A stretch of 64,000 nt of DNA from Longimicrobiales bacterium (GTDB lineage: Bacteria > Gemmatimonadota > Gemmatimonadetes > Longimicrobiales > Gaopeijiaceae): positions 800,001 through 864,000 of the forward strand of contig OZ241892.1 of assembly GCA_965203485.1 (NCBI GenBank), written 5' to 3'. The position numbers and the translations under genes are program-made. This document shows, in pieces, positions 50,881-63,176 of this stretch. The first letter of the stretch is position 1; every line of letters begins with the position of its first letter. The notes beneath the pieces are model-generated. The model worked only from the letters and a program-made list of their open reading frames with translations. It was not told the DNA's origin and ran no database searches.

Positions 50881-51056
50881 CGACGGCCTACGACGAAGGA
50901 GTGGCCGCATACGACATGGAACCGGGCGGCGGATGCAGTCGATTCGTTGGCGACGCTGGCCGCCGAAATCGAGGAGACGGCCGACGAATGGCACTGAGTG
51001 AACCAAGATGGCGTTTGGGGCGTCAAGATGACGCCAAGATGAGCTTCTTCCCGTGA
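50881..51056 (+). pseudogene. Possible scar of hsdM/hsdS: startless C-terminal fragment plus a 22-codon ORF coupled to hsdR
   Basis: Frame ending ...DSLATLAAEIEETADEWH* (TGA 50995-50997) overlaps ATG 50988 (GAGGAG upstream), which encodes [22 protein letters not shown]; that TGA overlaps the hsdR GTG. Confidence 0.3.
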
Positions 51057-54031
51057 CCCCCCACCGGATCGACGAGGGGGCCGTCGCGCAGTTTCCGATG
51101 GTCCGGCACGCGCAGGAGGTCGGCTGGACGCCGCTGGAGCCCAAGGTGGCCACAGCCAAGCGAGGAGGCCGGGAAGGCGCCTTCTTCCGCGACGAGCTTG
51201 AAGTCGCCATCCGTCGCTTCAACCCTTGGCTGACCCCTGACGCCGTCCGGTCCGTCGTGGAGCGGATCGAGGCCACGCCGCCGACGGTCGAGGGGAACCG
51301 CCAGATGCTGGGCTGGATGCGCGGGGAAAGGCAATGGTACGACGAGACGGAGAAGCGGCAGCGGTTCGTCCGGCTGATCGACTTCGACGAACCGAACGCC
51401 AACGTCCTTCACGTCACGTGGGAGTGGTCGATCAAGCCGCCTTCCCGGCGTCGGGGGGCGCGGGCAGACCTCATGTTCCTCGTCAACGGGCTGCCCGTGG
51501 CGATCGTGGAGCACAAGAACCCCAAGCAGGCCGACGCCATCGAGCGGGGCCTGAATCAGCTGAAGCGGTACGAGGCGAGCACGCCGGAGCTGGTCGGCTC
51601 GGCTCAGCTCTTCAACGTCACGCACATGCTCGACTACTGGTACGGGGTCACGTGGAACCTGTCGCGCCGCTTCATGGCGCGCTGGAAGGAATCGCCCGGC
51701 GACAAGGGCAAGCGCGGCTTCGACGACAGCTACCGCTTCGCCGTCCAGTCCTTCTTCGAGCCGACCGACTTCCTGCGGACGCTCCGCGACTGGATTCTGT
51801 TCTACGTCGAGGACGGCGAGACACGGAAGACGGTGTTGCGGCAACACCAGCGCCGGGCCGCGACGCGCGTGGTCGAACGATGCGCCGAGCCGAAGAAGCG
51901 ACGGGGTCTGGTCTGGCACACCCAAGGTTCGGGCAAGACCTTCACGCTCCTCACGGCGGCCCGGCTGCTGCTCCAGGACCGTGCGCGCTTCCAATCGCCC
52001 ACCGTCATTGTCGTGGTGGACCGGATCGACCTTGAGGGGCAGCTCCGAGAGTGGGTCGAGCGTCTGCTGGGCGAGATGCAGCAGCAGGACGTCGCGGTGC
52101 ACCAAGCCGGCTCCAAGGCCGAGCTGGCGGAGCTGCTCCGAACCGACAGGCGCGGGCTGATCCTGTCGATGATCCACAAGTTCGACGGGCTCGACAGGGA
52201 CGCGAACACGCGCGACAACGTCTTCGTCTTCATCGACGAGGCGCACCGCTCCGTCGCCCGCGACCTGGGCACCTACCTCATGGGCGCGGTGCCGAACGCC
52301 ACCATCGTCGGCTTCACCGGCACGCCGATCGCCAAGACCGAGCATGGCCAAGGAACGTTCAAGATCTTCGGCGCCGACGACGAGAAAGGCTATCTGCACA
52401 AGTACACCATCGCCGAGTCGATCGAGGACGAAACCACGCTCCCGATCCGCCACGTCATGGCGCCCAGCGAGACGACGGTGCCGGCGGAGAAGCTGGACGA
52501 CGAGTTCTTCGCCTTGGCCGCCGCCGAGAGCGTCACCGACGTGGACGAGCTCAACAAGGTCCTGGACCGCGCCGTCGGGCTGCGCACGTTCCTGACCGCG
52601 GACGACCGCGTGGACAAGGTTGCGGCCTACGTCGCCCGCCACTTCCGCGAGAACGTGCAGCCCCTTGGGTACAAGGCGTTCCTGGTCGGCGTGAACCGGG
52701 AGGCTTGCGCCAAGTACAAGCGGGCCCTCGACAAGCTTCTTCCGCGGGAGTGGACCGCGCCCGTCTACACCGAGAAACCCGACGACGTCGTGAAGCGGCC
52801 GATCGTCGCCGAGCATCAGCTGGCGCGAGACCAAGAGGACGAAGCGCGGCTGATGTTCAAGAAGGCGGGCGAGAACCCCAGAATCCTGATCGTGACCGAC
52901 AAGCTGCTCACGGGATTCGACGCACCGTTGCTGTACTGCATGTATCTCGACAAGCCCATGCGCGATCATGTGCTCCTGCAAGCGATTGCCCGCGTGAACC
53001 GGCCTCGCGTGGACCCGGACACCGGCGTCCGCAAGCGGATCGGGCTCGTGGTGGACTTCGTGGGCGTGCTTCGGGCGCTGGAGAAGGCGTTGCGCTTCGA
53101 TTCCACCGACGTGAGCGGGGTCGTCGAGGGCATCGACGTGCTCCTGGGCGATTTCCGCGACAAGCTGGCCCGAGCGGAGGCGAAGTACCTCTCCACGACG
53201 GCGGCCGACCGTGCCGACGCCTGGCTGGAGCAACGCGTCTACGACCAGCTTCGCGATCCGGCCGCACGCGACGAATTCTTCGAGTCCTACAAGGAGATCG
53301 AGGCGCTGATGGAGATCCTGTCGCCCTCCGACGAGCTACGCGACCATCTGGGCTCCTACAAGCTGCTGGCCGGCCTCTACGCGGCCACGCAGGTTGCGTA
53401 CGCCCGCAAGGTGGACTACGTGGCCGACCTGGCCGCCAAGACGCGCGTCATGATTCAGCAGAGTGCGGTCACGGAAGGGCTGGGCCACGCCCCGCGAGCC
53501 GTCACCTTCGACCTGAAGACGGTGGAAGCGTTGCGGGACGGGCCGGAGCGCGACGAGGCCAAGGTGTTCAACTTGCTGCGCGGGATGCGCAAGGTGATCG
53601 ACGACAACGCCGAGTTGGCTTCCGTTCTGTTGCCGTTGCAGGAGCGCGCCGAGCGCGTGCAACAGGACCTGGAGACTCGAAAGATATCCTCGATGGAGGC
53701 GATCGACCTGCTTGCCGGGCTGGCCAAGGAGAAGGACGACGCGCTTGCGGCCGCAGAGGAAAGTGGACTGTCCGCGAGGGCCTTTGGAGTCTACTGGGAG
53801 CTGCGGAACGAGTCGGCCATGACCGGGGCGGCGACGTCGGCCATGGAGTTGGCTCGCCGGATCGACGAGCTGCTTGTCCGCTTCCCCAATGCTAAGCACA
53901 GCGAGCACGAGCAACGCTTGTTGCGAAGGCACCTGTACAGTCCGCTGCTCGAGCTGACCAGCGGTCGCCGCAAGCAAGTTGTGGACCGCGTCATGAACCT
54001 CGTGCTGGGCACGCCCGATGACGACGACTGA
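51053..54031 (+). CDS. hsdR: Type I restriction-modification endonuclease subunit R
   Basis: Nuclease [20 protein letters not shown]; Walker [39 protein letters not shown]. Confidence 0.95.
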   Translation: MTPHRIDEGAVAQFPMVRHAQEVGWTPLEPKVATAKRGGREGAFFRDELEVAIRRFNPWLTPDAVRSVVERIEATPPTVEGNRQMLGWMRGERQWYDETEKRQRFVRLIDFDEPNANVLHVTWEWSIKPPSRRRGARADLMFLVNGLPVAIVEHKNPKQADAIERGLNQLKRYEASTPELVGSAQLFNVTHMLDYWYGVTWNLSRRFMARWKESPGDKGKRGFDDSYRFAVQSFFEPTDFLRTLRDWILFYVEDGETRKTVLRQHQRRAATRVVERCAEPKKRRGLVWHTQGSGKTFTLLTAARLLLQDRARFQSPTVIVVVDRIDLEGQLREWVERLLGEMQQQDVAVHQAGSKAELAELLRTDRRGLILSMIHKFDGLDRDANTRDNVFVFIDEAHRSVARDLGTYLMGAVPNATIVGFTGTPIAKTEHGQGTFKIFGADDEKGYLHKYTIAESIEDETTLPIRHVMAPSETTVPAEKLDDEFFALAAAESVTDVDELNKVLDRAVGLRTFLTADDRVDKVAAYVARHFRENVQPLGYKAFLVGVNREACAKYKRALDKLLPREWTAPVYTEKPDDVVKRPIVAEHQLARDQEDEARLMFKKAGENPRILIVTDKLLTGFDAPLLYCMYLDKPMRDHVLLQAIARVNRPRVDPDTGVRKRIGLVVDFVGVLRALEKALRFDSTDVSGVVEGIDVLLGDFRDKLARAEAKYLSTTAADRADAWLEQRVYDQLRDPAARDEFFESYKEIEALMEILSPSDELRDHLGSYKLLAGLYAATQVAYARKVDYVADLAAKTRVMIQQSAVTEGLGHAPRAVTFDLKTVEALRDGPERDEAKVFNLLRGMRKVIDDNAELASVLLPLQERAERVQQDLETRKISSMEAIDLLAGLAKEKDDALAAAEESGLSARAFGVYWELRNESAMTGAATSAMELARRIDELLVRFPNAKHSEHEQRLLRRHLYSPLLELTSGRRKQVVDRVMNLVLGTPDDDD

Positions 54032-54341
54032 CGCCCTTCGCAGCCGCGTGCGTTCGTGGGCAGCCCGCCTCGACGCGCGGCCCAAGTTGGTTCGGATTCG
54101 GCGGATGACCCGGAAGTGGGGCTCCTGCTCCACGGCGGGGACCGTCACGCTGGCCGCCGACTTGGCGGACCAGCCGCCGGGATTCCAGGACTTCGTGATC
54201 GCTCACGAGCTGCTCCACCTACGGGTCCCCAACCACGGCAAGCTGTTCAGAGCCCTGATGACCGCCCACGTGCCCGACTGGAGAAAGCACGACCTTCGGC
54301 GGAGGGTTGGGGCGGGAGACGGCGACGCCTCCTGGGGCTGA
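54018..54341 (+). CDS. Minimal YgjP/M48 (DUF45) zinc-metallohydrolase-domain protein
   Basis: [18 protein letters not shown] (HExxH), NHGKLF, PDW; overlaps the hsdR 3' end. Confidence 0.88.
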   Translation: MTTTDALRSRVRSWAARLDARPKLVRIRRMTRKWGSCSTAGTVTLAADLADQPPGFQDFVIAHELLHLRVPNHGKLFRALMTAHVPDWRKHDLRRRVGAGDGDASWG

Positions 54342-54366
54342 CGCCGCTCTCGCAAGCCGGCCCTGG

Positions 54367-56520
54367 CTAGCGTCGCCGGGCGCGCTCGAACGCCACGGTC
54401 ACGCCGGCGTAGCCGCCGCGCCCCGGGCCCGGTTCGAAGTAGCGGCCTCCGAAGGCGTTGACCACGACCGACGAGGCGTAGCGTGCGTTGGTCAAGTTCG
54501 TGACGCCGAAGAAGGGCGACATCTGCAGGCCGCCGACGCGCGCGTCCGCGAGTCCCGCTCGCGCGTCGAGCAGCACGAAGCCGTCGGCGCCGGCGTCGTT
54601 GGCGTTGTCGGCGGGGACTCGTCCGCGCGCTTCGGCCCGGAGCTCGGCGAACCAAGCGGCGCTCGTAGCCTTGAGAGCGGCCTCGAAGCGGTGTGGCGCC
54701 GCGCCCGGTATTCGGTTGCCGTCGAATCGGTCGCCGCCCGCGGCGAAGTCCACGAAGCGCGCGTCAACGTAGCTGTAGGACGCGCGGGCGGAGAGCCAGT
54801 CCGTGGCCGCGGCCCGCACGGACGCGTCGAGGCCGCCGACGCGGGAACGCCCCGAGTTGCGGTAGAAGCGCCGCCCCGGGTGCGAAGCCACCTCGAAGGG
54901 AACCAGCTGGCCCGATAGCCGCGTCCAGAAGGCGGCGGCGTCGTACGACAGGCGTCCGCGCGCACCCCGCAGGCCGGCTTCCACGGTCCAGCCGCGCTGG
55001 GGATCGAGGTCGGGGTTGAGGCCGCCGGCACGGCCGGGGCGGTTGGCGAGCTCGGTGGTCGTCGGCGTCTCGAACGAGCGGGCGACCGACGCGAACAGCC
55101 CGTGCCCGCCCAGCGCGACGTGAACCCCCAGCGAAGGGCTCGCGGCCGTCATCGCGCGCCGGCCGGAGTCGTCGGGGTTTCCGTCGGCCAGAAAGCGGTC
55201 GTCGGCGCGGAAGGCGACGTGATCCACACGCACCGCCGCCAGCGCCCGCACGCGCTCTCCCAAGGGTAGCCGCAGGCGGCCGAAGGCGGCCAGCGCTCGG
55301 ACGCGTTCGCGCTGGTCCAGCGTCAGTGCCCCCGGTTCGCCGCTTTGGTTGGCGAAGTTGCGGCGGTCGTCGTCCTGGAGTTCGGCCTCGCCGCCGACGT
55401 CCACGCGCGCGCTCGCGGCTCCGTCGCCCCATGCCCGTCCGAGCGCCAAGCGCGCGCCGCCCGCGTTTCGGTCGAGATCGATGACGCTTGCGGGAATCGG
55501 ATTGTCGAGCTCGCGCCGCACGCCGTAGACGGAAACATCGACCTCCAGCGGGCCGGCCGGGCCGCGCCAAGCGACGCTCGCCTGAGCCTGCCTCACGTCC
55601 TTGCGGGTGCGGCGCGCAACATTGAAGCCCCACGCCTGGCTGCTGCCTGCGTCGAAGAGGTCGGCGGGCAACGAGCCGGCGTTCAGCGCGTCCAGAATCA
55701 CGCCGTTGAGTCGGAGCGACAAGGCGCCGTCGCCGGCGGGGAAGGCGAAGCCTGCGACGGTCGTGGTTCGGGTCGACCGGCTGTAGGGATCCTCGCCGCC
55801 GTCAGTGGGGTTGCTCCTGAAGCCGTCGAATCGGTTGCGGGCCACGCTGGCGCTGTAGGCCAGGCCCCCCGCCTTGCCCGAGGCGGTGGTCTGGAGGCGC
55901 AGCAGGCCGCGCGACCCTGCGGCGGCGGTCGTCTCGTGGCGGTAGGCGCCGTCGAAGGGCCGGGCGCTGCTGAACAGGAGGACGCCGCCCGCGCCGTTGC
56001 CGTAGAAGGCCGCGCCGGGGCCGCGCAGGGCTTCGACCCTGCCCAGCGATCCGACGTCCAGGTGGTCGAGCGTGCTCTGGCCGTCGGGCAGCGTCGCGGG
56101 GATGCCGTCCACCATGATCTTGACGCCGCGCACGCCGAACTGCGACCGCGCTCCGAAGCCGCGAATGGAGATGCGCTCTCCGACGGCGGCGTTGTAGCGG
56201 TTCTGTACGCGCACCCCCGCCAAGCCGTGCAGCGCCTCTTCGATGAAGACGCCGGCGGCGCCCGGCCGCATGTCGGCGCCGGCGAGCACCGAGACGGCGA
56301 AGGGGGCGCGGGCGATCTGGTCGGTCCCGCGCAGGACCGAGACGACCACGGGCTCGACTTGCACGGTGTCCGGCTCGTCCTGCCGCGCTTGAGCTTCGCC
56401 GGCGCAACAGAGCGCGATCGCCGGCAGGAGCGCTCCCGCCACGTTGCGGAGGACCGGCCACCGTCCGGGCCAAGCCGACCGCCTTGCCACGCTCTTCCGT
56501 CCGGCCCGGCCGGGCGTCAC
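54367..56520 (-). CDS. TonB-dependent receptor
   Basis: C-terminal part of ORF 54367..58512: signal peptide; plug motifs ISIRGFGAR, DGIP..PDGQ, VEALRGP..YGN.AGGV; FETPT..EL; NLTN; YFEPGPGR. Confidence 0.92.
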   Translation of the reverse strand: MTPGRAGRKSVARRSAWPGRWPVLRNVAGALLPAIALCCAGEAQARQDEPDTVQVEPVVVSVLRGTDQIARAPFAVSVLAGADMRPGAAGVFIEEALHGLAGVRVQNRYNAAVGERISIRGFGARSQFGVRGVKIMVDGIPATLPDGQSTLDHLDVGSLGRVEALRGPGAAFYGNGAGGVLLFSSARPFDGAYRHETTAAAGSRGLLRLQTTASGKAGGLAYSASVARNRFDGFRSNPTDGGEDPYSRSTRTTTVAGFAFPAGDGALSLRLNGVILDALNAGSLPADLFDAGSSQAWGFNVARRTRKDVRQAQASVAWRGPAGPLEVDVSVYGVRRELDNPIPASVIDLDRNAGGARLALGRAWGDGAASARVDVGGEAELQDDDRRNFANQSGEPGALTLDQRERVRALAAFGRLRLPLGERVRALAAVRVDHVAFRADDRFLADGNPDDSGRRAMTAASPSLGVHVALGGHGLFASVARSFETPTTTELANRPGRAGGLNPDLDPQRGWTVEAGLRGARGRLSYDAAAFWTRLSGQLVPFEVASHPGRRFYRNSGRSRVGGLDASVRAAATDWLSARASYSYVDARFVDFAAGGDRFDGNRIPGAAPHRFEAALKATSAAWFAELRAEARGRVPADNANDAGADGFVLLDARAGLADARVGGLQMSPFFGVTNLTNARYASSVVVNAFGGRYFEPGPGRGGYAGVTVAFERARRR

Positions 56521-58316
56521 TTGGCCTCGCCGGGCCGCGGGAGCCGCAGGTCGGCGAACAACACGCGCGCCGCGGGCCGAATCACGAGAGTCAACCGCTC
56601 GCCCTCGTCCGCCCGGTCCTCGGCCAGCTCCGCGAGAGCTGCGACGGCCTGCTCCTCGTCCTTGGGCAATGCGCCGGGCGGCAGGGCGCGCACCTCCAGC
56701 GTCGCGTCGCGCGGCAACCAGCACGCCACGTACCGTCCCGACGCGCTCGCGAAGGCGGTCGTCGCGGCGCGCCGCTCGCGGACCTGCGCGCCGACGGCGG
56801 AGCTCCGGCTCACGTGCCATGCGCTTGCGGCAACGACGACCACCGCGTCCGGCACGGCGCGGCCCCCGGCGTCGGTCACCTGGCCCGCCAGCACGCCGTC
56901 CATGTCCCGCGGGGCCCGTCCCGACGCGTTCGCCGCCGGCCGCGGCCGCTCGGCCCGCCGACAGACCGCGTCGGCAATGCGTTCCATCGGCGGAGCCGCG
57001 AAGTTGGCTTGCGCCGGCGTCGCCGCTTCCAGTCCCACTTCGAGCTCGAGCGGCTCGGGCCGGTAGGACAAGCGCTCGAAGTAGGGAACCGAGAAGCTCA
57101 CGGCGTAGAGGCCGGGCACGAGATGCGCGATCTCGAAGCGCCCGTCGCGATCCGTGCTCACGGCGTAGTTCGCTCCGTCGACGAAGACGCGCGCGCCCGG
57201 CAATCCTCGTTGCAGGCTGTCGAAGACGATGCCCGCGATTCGCCCGCCGCCCTGGGACCCGTCCGCCACCAGCTCCTCGTCGGTGCCGTGGACGCGGAGG
57301 ACGTCGCCTCCTTCCACGGTGATTCCGCCCAGGACCACCTTGCGCCGCCCGCTCGCGTCGGAGTGCAGGGTGGGCTTCGGCATCCGGATGCGCCACGACT
57401 CCACGATCCAGGTGCCATTGGGCATCCCCCGAAAGTCGACCCGGCCGCCGGGATTCGCGTCCGCGAACTCGTCCGGCAAATTCAGGTTGCGGTAGCGGAA
57501 CTCGAGCCGCCGCAACCACGCCGTCTGCGGGTCCAGCCACAGCGTGCCCGCGATCTCGGGGACGCGGCGGCCCGGCGCCGGCTCGAACCCCAGGCCCAGC
57601 CACTCGGTTTCCTCGTGCCGTCCCGCCAAGCGAAGGCAGTGCGTGTCGAGGAAGGCGTCCGAGAGCAGCACCGCCGCGTCCGGGGCGTAGTAGATGGACT
57701 GCTCCGGCGAAAGACTCGCAAACCCCTTGGCCGTCAGCTCCTCGGCGGGCCGCGACGAAAACGGCGTTCGGCGATGTTCGTCCTCGTACTCTCGCCTCTC
57801 CGACAGGACGCGGCGCCCCGTCGCGTCGAAGTCCATCCTCACGCGCATCATCTCGTAGCGGTACGTGCCGCGCTCCTGCGTCCAGGCGGCCGCCGCGAGC
57901 GCCTTGCGCGCTTCTTCCCAGACCTTGGACACCGCCAAGCCGTCCGTGGGCCGCATCCGGCAACTCCGTTCGGCCTCGGCGGTGATCCCGGCCAGCTCGA
58001 TGGCCTCGACCGGAACCGCCATGTCGATCACCAGCGTATCGGCGGCGGCGAGCGCGAAGTAGTCGGAAAACGTGGTCGCGTAGCCGATGCGGTCTGCGCG
58101 GAGCCTGTACGTGCCCGCATCGGAAGCTGTCAGCTCGAAGAGGCCGCTGGCTCGCGTCAGGGCTTGAGCGGCCGGCGCGCCGGCCGAATCCACGAGGGTC
58201 ATCATGGCCGTGGCCACGGCGACGTTCCCGCCTTGCTCCATCAGCCTGCCGCGCACGACCTGGCCGGACGCCGTGAGGCTCCCGACCGCCAACGCCGCAA
58301 CGGCCAGCAACGGCAC
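56517..58316 (-). CDS. Secreted protein with repeated carboxypeptidase-regulatory-like domains
   Basis: Signal peptide; VRGRL...GTYRLRADRIGY; IAGIVFDS...TDRDGRF; LAGQVTD. Start approximate. Confidence 0.82.
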   Translation of the reverse strand: MPLLAVAALAVGSLTASGQVVRGRLMEQGGNVAVATAMMTLVDSAGAPAAQALTRASGLFELTASDAGTYRLRADRIGYATTFSDYFALAAADTLVIDMAVPVEAIELAGITAEAERSCRMRPTDGLAVSKVWEEARKALAAAAWTQERGTYRYEMMRVRMDFDATGRRVLSERREYEDEHRRTPFSSRPAEELTAKGFASLSPEQSIYYAPDAAVLLSDAFLDTHCLRLAGRHEETEWLGLGFEPAPGRRVPEIAGTLWLDPQTAWLRRLEFRYRNLNLPDEFADANPGGRVDFRGMPNGTWIVESWRIRMPKPTLHSDASGRRKVVLGGITVEGGDVLRVHGTDEELVADGSQGGGRIAGIVFDSLQRGLPGARVFVDGANYAVSTDRDGRFEIAHLVPGLYAVSFSVPYFERLSYRPEPLELEVGLEAATPAQANFAAPPMERIADAVCRRAERPRPAANASGRAPRDMDGVLAGQVTDAGGRAVPDAVVVVAASAWHVSRSSAVGAQVRERRAATTAFASASGRYVACWLPRDATLEVRALPPGALPKDEEQAVAALAELAEDRADEGERLTLVIRPAARVLFADLRLPRPGEAK

Positions 58317-58788
58317 GGCCGCCGCTCGCGCGCCCGCCGACGCCTCGCCTTGCCCGGCCGGGCGCGGTCTCGGTGCGCCGGTTCGCTTGCGGGACGCGGG
58401 CTGCGTTCCCCGTCGGCGCCCCGGTGCGGGCGGGTTGCGCTCCTGCGCGGGGGTCGGCGGAACTGGCGGCAACGGCAATCTCGTCGGCAGGGAGCGGACG
58501 CTCAACGCGCATGTCCGGTCGGAGGGCGAGACGCTCGGCGGCGTCGGGTCGTCCTGCCGCCGAGGACGCCTATACTCTACTCTACTCTGTTCGGCCACGG
58601 CGGCCGGACGACGAGTCGGACGGCGGACGACTCGCTTGAAACGCCGGTCGCCGCGCGCGTCGCTCGGCCGAAGCAGCAATCCACGCATGGAGAGTGAAGC
58701 GGAATGGAATCGTCCTTTCCCCGGGCCTGCTCTTGGACGCCGCCGGGTTCGCCTCCGGCAGGTGGCGGCCGAGCGCGGACCAGCTAGC

Positions 58789-60090
58789 ATGGGAGGCGGG
58801 CCCGAGTTCCCGTTCCGCCGCCGCCGGGACGCCGTGCTGAACCGTTTGGGGCGCGGTTCGCTGCTGCTGGCGGCCGGCCCGGTCCGCGTCCGCAACGGGG
58901 ACTCTCCGTACCGGTACCGGCCGGACTCGGAGTTCTTCTACCTGACGGGGTGGGCAGAGCCCGGCGGCATAGCGTTGCTGCGCGGATTCGCGGACGAAGA
59001 CAGGTTTCTTCTCTTCGTTCCCGAGACGAGTCCGCAGGAAGAGATGTGGACGGGCAAGCGGCTCGGCGCGGGCCAGGTCAAGGCGCTCTGCGGCGCGGAC
59101 GCGGCGCTCTCGTTGGATCGGTTCGCCGACGAGGCACCCGACCTGCTGGCCGGCGGCGACCGCATCTACTACCGCTTGGGCGCGTCGGCGCGATGCGACG
59201 CGGCAGTCCGGTCCGCTCTGGAGCGGGGACGGGCGTTGCGCGCGCGAACCGGGAGCGGGGCACGCGCGGTCGTCGATCCCGGCGCGGCGCTCGACGAGCT
59301 GCGGATTCGCAAGGACGAAGCGGAGACGGCGCGCCTGCGCGATGCCGCCCGGACGACGGTGGAGGCGTTCGCCGAGGCGCTTCCAGCGGTCCGTCCGGGA
59401 GCGGGCGAGTGGGAGATCGAGGCGGCGCTCGACAGCGGATTCCGGCGCCGAGGCGCGACGGGCTCCGCTTATCCCACGATCGTGGCGGCCGGGGCGAACG
59501 CCTGCACGCTGCACTACGACGCCAACGCGTCGGTCATCGCGCCGGACGACTTGGTGCTGGTGGACGGCGGGGCGGAGGCGGGCTTCTACGCGGCCGACGT
59601 CACGCGCACCGTGTTCGCTTCCGAGATGGTCGGCGCCGCCGCTCGCGATGCCCATGCCGTGGTCCGGGAAGCGCGCGCGCGCGCCCTGGCCGCATGCCGC
59701 CCCGGCGCCTCGCTGGAACAGGTGCACGCGGCCGCCTTGAGCGCGATCGCCGAAGGACTTCGCGGTCTCGGCGCGCTCTCCGGATCGGCCGCCGACATCG
59801 TCGAAGCGGAGTCCTACCGGCGCTACTACCCGCACCGCACGTCGCACTGGCTCGGCTTGGACGTGCACGACCCGGGCCTGTACGTGGACGACGCAGGCTC
59901 CCGCGTGCTGGAGCCGGGCATGGCGTTCACGGTGGAGCCGGGCCTCTACTTTGCTCCTGGAAGCTGCCCGGCCGTGCCCGCGCTGGAGGGCGTCGGCGTG
60001 CGCATCGAGGACGACGTGCTCATGACGGCAAGCGGGGCCGAAGTGCTCACGGCGGGGTTGCCCGTCGCGCCGGCAACCGAGTCGTGGTGA
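58789..60090 (+). CDS. pepP: Xaa-Pro aminopeptidase P
   Basis: YRYRPDSEFFYLTG, TIVAAGANACTLHY, LVDGG, ADVTRT, HRTSHWLGLDVHD, TVEPGLY, GVRIEDD. Confidence 0.93.
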   Translation: MGGGPEFPFRRRRDAVLNRLGRGSLLLAAGPVRVRNGDSPYRYRPDSEFFYLTGWAEPGGIALLRGFADEDRFLLFVPETSPQEEMWTGKRLGAGQVKALCGADAALSLDRFADEAPDLLAGGDRIYYRLGASARCDAAVRSALERGRALRARTGSGARAVVDPGAALDELRIRKDEAETARLRDAARTTVEAFAEALPAVRPGAGEWEIEAALDSGFRRRGATGSAYPTIVAAGANACTLHYDANASVIAPDDLVLVDGGAEAGFYAADVTRTVFASEMVGAAARDAHAVVREARARALAACRPGASLEQVHAAALSAIAEGLRGLGALSGSAADIVEAESYRRYYPHRTSHWLGLDVHDPGLYVDDAGSRVLEPGMAFTVEPGLYFAPGSCPAVPALEGVGVRIEDDVLMTASGAEVLTAGLPVAPATESW

Positions 60091-61040
60091 CGATGTCCCG
60101 TCGCGAGCCCGCGGCGCGGCCCGACGGGTCCGGCCCAGCGGTCGCCGCGCATGCGGCCGAGGCCGAATCGGCCGGTGAGCGCGCGATGTCGTCCGCCGGC
60201 CCGAGCTTCGCCGAGCTCCTGGCCGGGCCCGGCCCGCTCGCGGCGGTGGAGCTCCGGCCGCCCCGGTCCGGCTTGGACGCCATGCGCGGCATGGACGTGT
60301 GGATCGACCTGCACCAAGCGATGCGGAAGCTGGGCGTCCGCCGAACCCCGGTGTTGCTGACCGACGGCGCCGTCGGCGACCCGGAGGAAGACGCCCTCGC
60401 CCACTTGGGGGCCAACCTGGGCGGCGACTCCGGCTTCGGGACGGTGGCGCCCTTTCTGACGTGCAAGCACTCGCTGGAGTACTGCCGGCTCTTCGCTAGG
60501 CGGGCAGCGGCCCTGGGCGTGGGCGGCCTGACGGTCGTGGGAGGAGACAAGTCGGCCGGGCCGCCGCGCTGCGTGCCCCACGGCAAGGACCTGCGCCGGG
60601 TCGTCCGCGCCGACGAGCCGGGGCTGGCGCTGGGCGGCTGGGCCAATCCGCACGGCGATCCAGTGGCGCAGGCGCGCTTCGCGGCCGCGGACGACTTCTG
60701 CGCCGACTACGTGCTGACGCAGGTGGTGTCTCACCACTCTCTGCACCGGGCCGAGGCCCTCAAGGCCGAGCTGGACAGAACAGGCTGGACCGGGCCGGTC
60801 GTCTTCGGCGTCTTCTACTACCGCAGCGCCGACCCGCGCACGCTCGCCCGGTTGCAGGACTTCTTCCCTGTTCCGGCGCGGAGGCTGGCGGCCGAGTTCG
60901 AGGCGGGCGTGCCGCCGGAAGAAGTCTGTGCGCGGTCGATCCGCGGACTTCGGGAGATCGGCGCGGCCAAGGTCTACGTCAGCAACTTGGGCGCCCGCAG
61001 GCCGGCCGCGTTTCTGGACCGCCTGGCGGCCGCTCTGTAG
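60087..61040 (+). CDS. Divergent methylenetetrahydrofolate-reductase-fold (FAD TIM-barrel) protein
   Basis: AVELRPPR, LLTDG, PFLTCKH, VVGGD, WANPH, YVLTQVV, PVVFGVFY appear in MetF motif order. GTG overlaps the pepP stop. Confidence 0.65.
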   Translation: MTMSRREPAARPDGSGPAVAAHAAEAESAGERAMSSAGPSFAELLAGPGPLAAVELRPPRSGLDAMRGMDVWIDLHQAMRKLGVRRTPVLLTDGAVGDPEEDALAHLGANLGGDSGFGTVAPFLTCKHSLEYCRLFARRAAALGVGGLTVVGGDKSAGPPRCVPHGKDLRRVVRADEPGLALGGWANPHGDPVAQARFAAADDFCADYVLTQVVSHHSLHRAEALKAELDRTGWTGPVVFGVFYYRSADPRTLARLQDFFPVPARRLAAEFEAGVPPEEVCARSIRGLREIGAAKVYVSNLGARRPAAFLDRLAAAL

Positions 61041-61163
61041 CGCCCCGAAGCTGCGGGCAGTCCTGCGCCAAGTCGTCGCCCGCGTTCTTCCGCGCGACGG
61101 CGCACCCGCGCGAGGCGAGCGGGCGGTCGCGCAGGGCTCGGACCGGACGCGGCGCCTCGAGAA

Positions 61164-63172
<2,009 letters not shown>

Positions 63173-63176
<4 letters not shown>

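Noticed and set aside
54367..58512. 1381-aa ORF suggesting a giant TonB receptor fusion
   Set aside because: The upstream half shadows the carboxypeptidase-domain gene; the receptor has its own signal peptide after ~56520.
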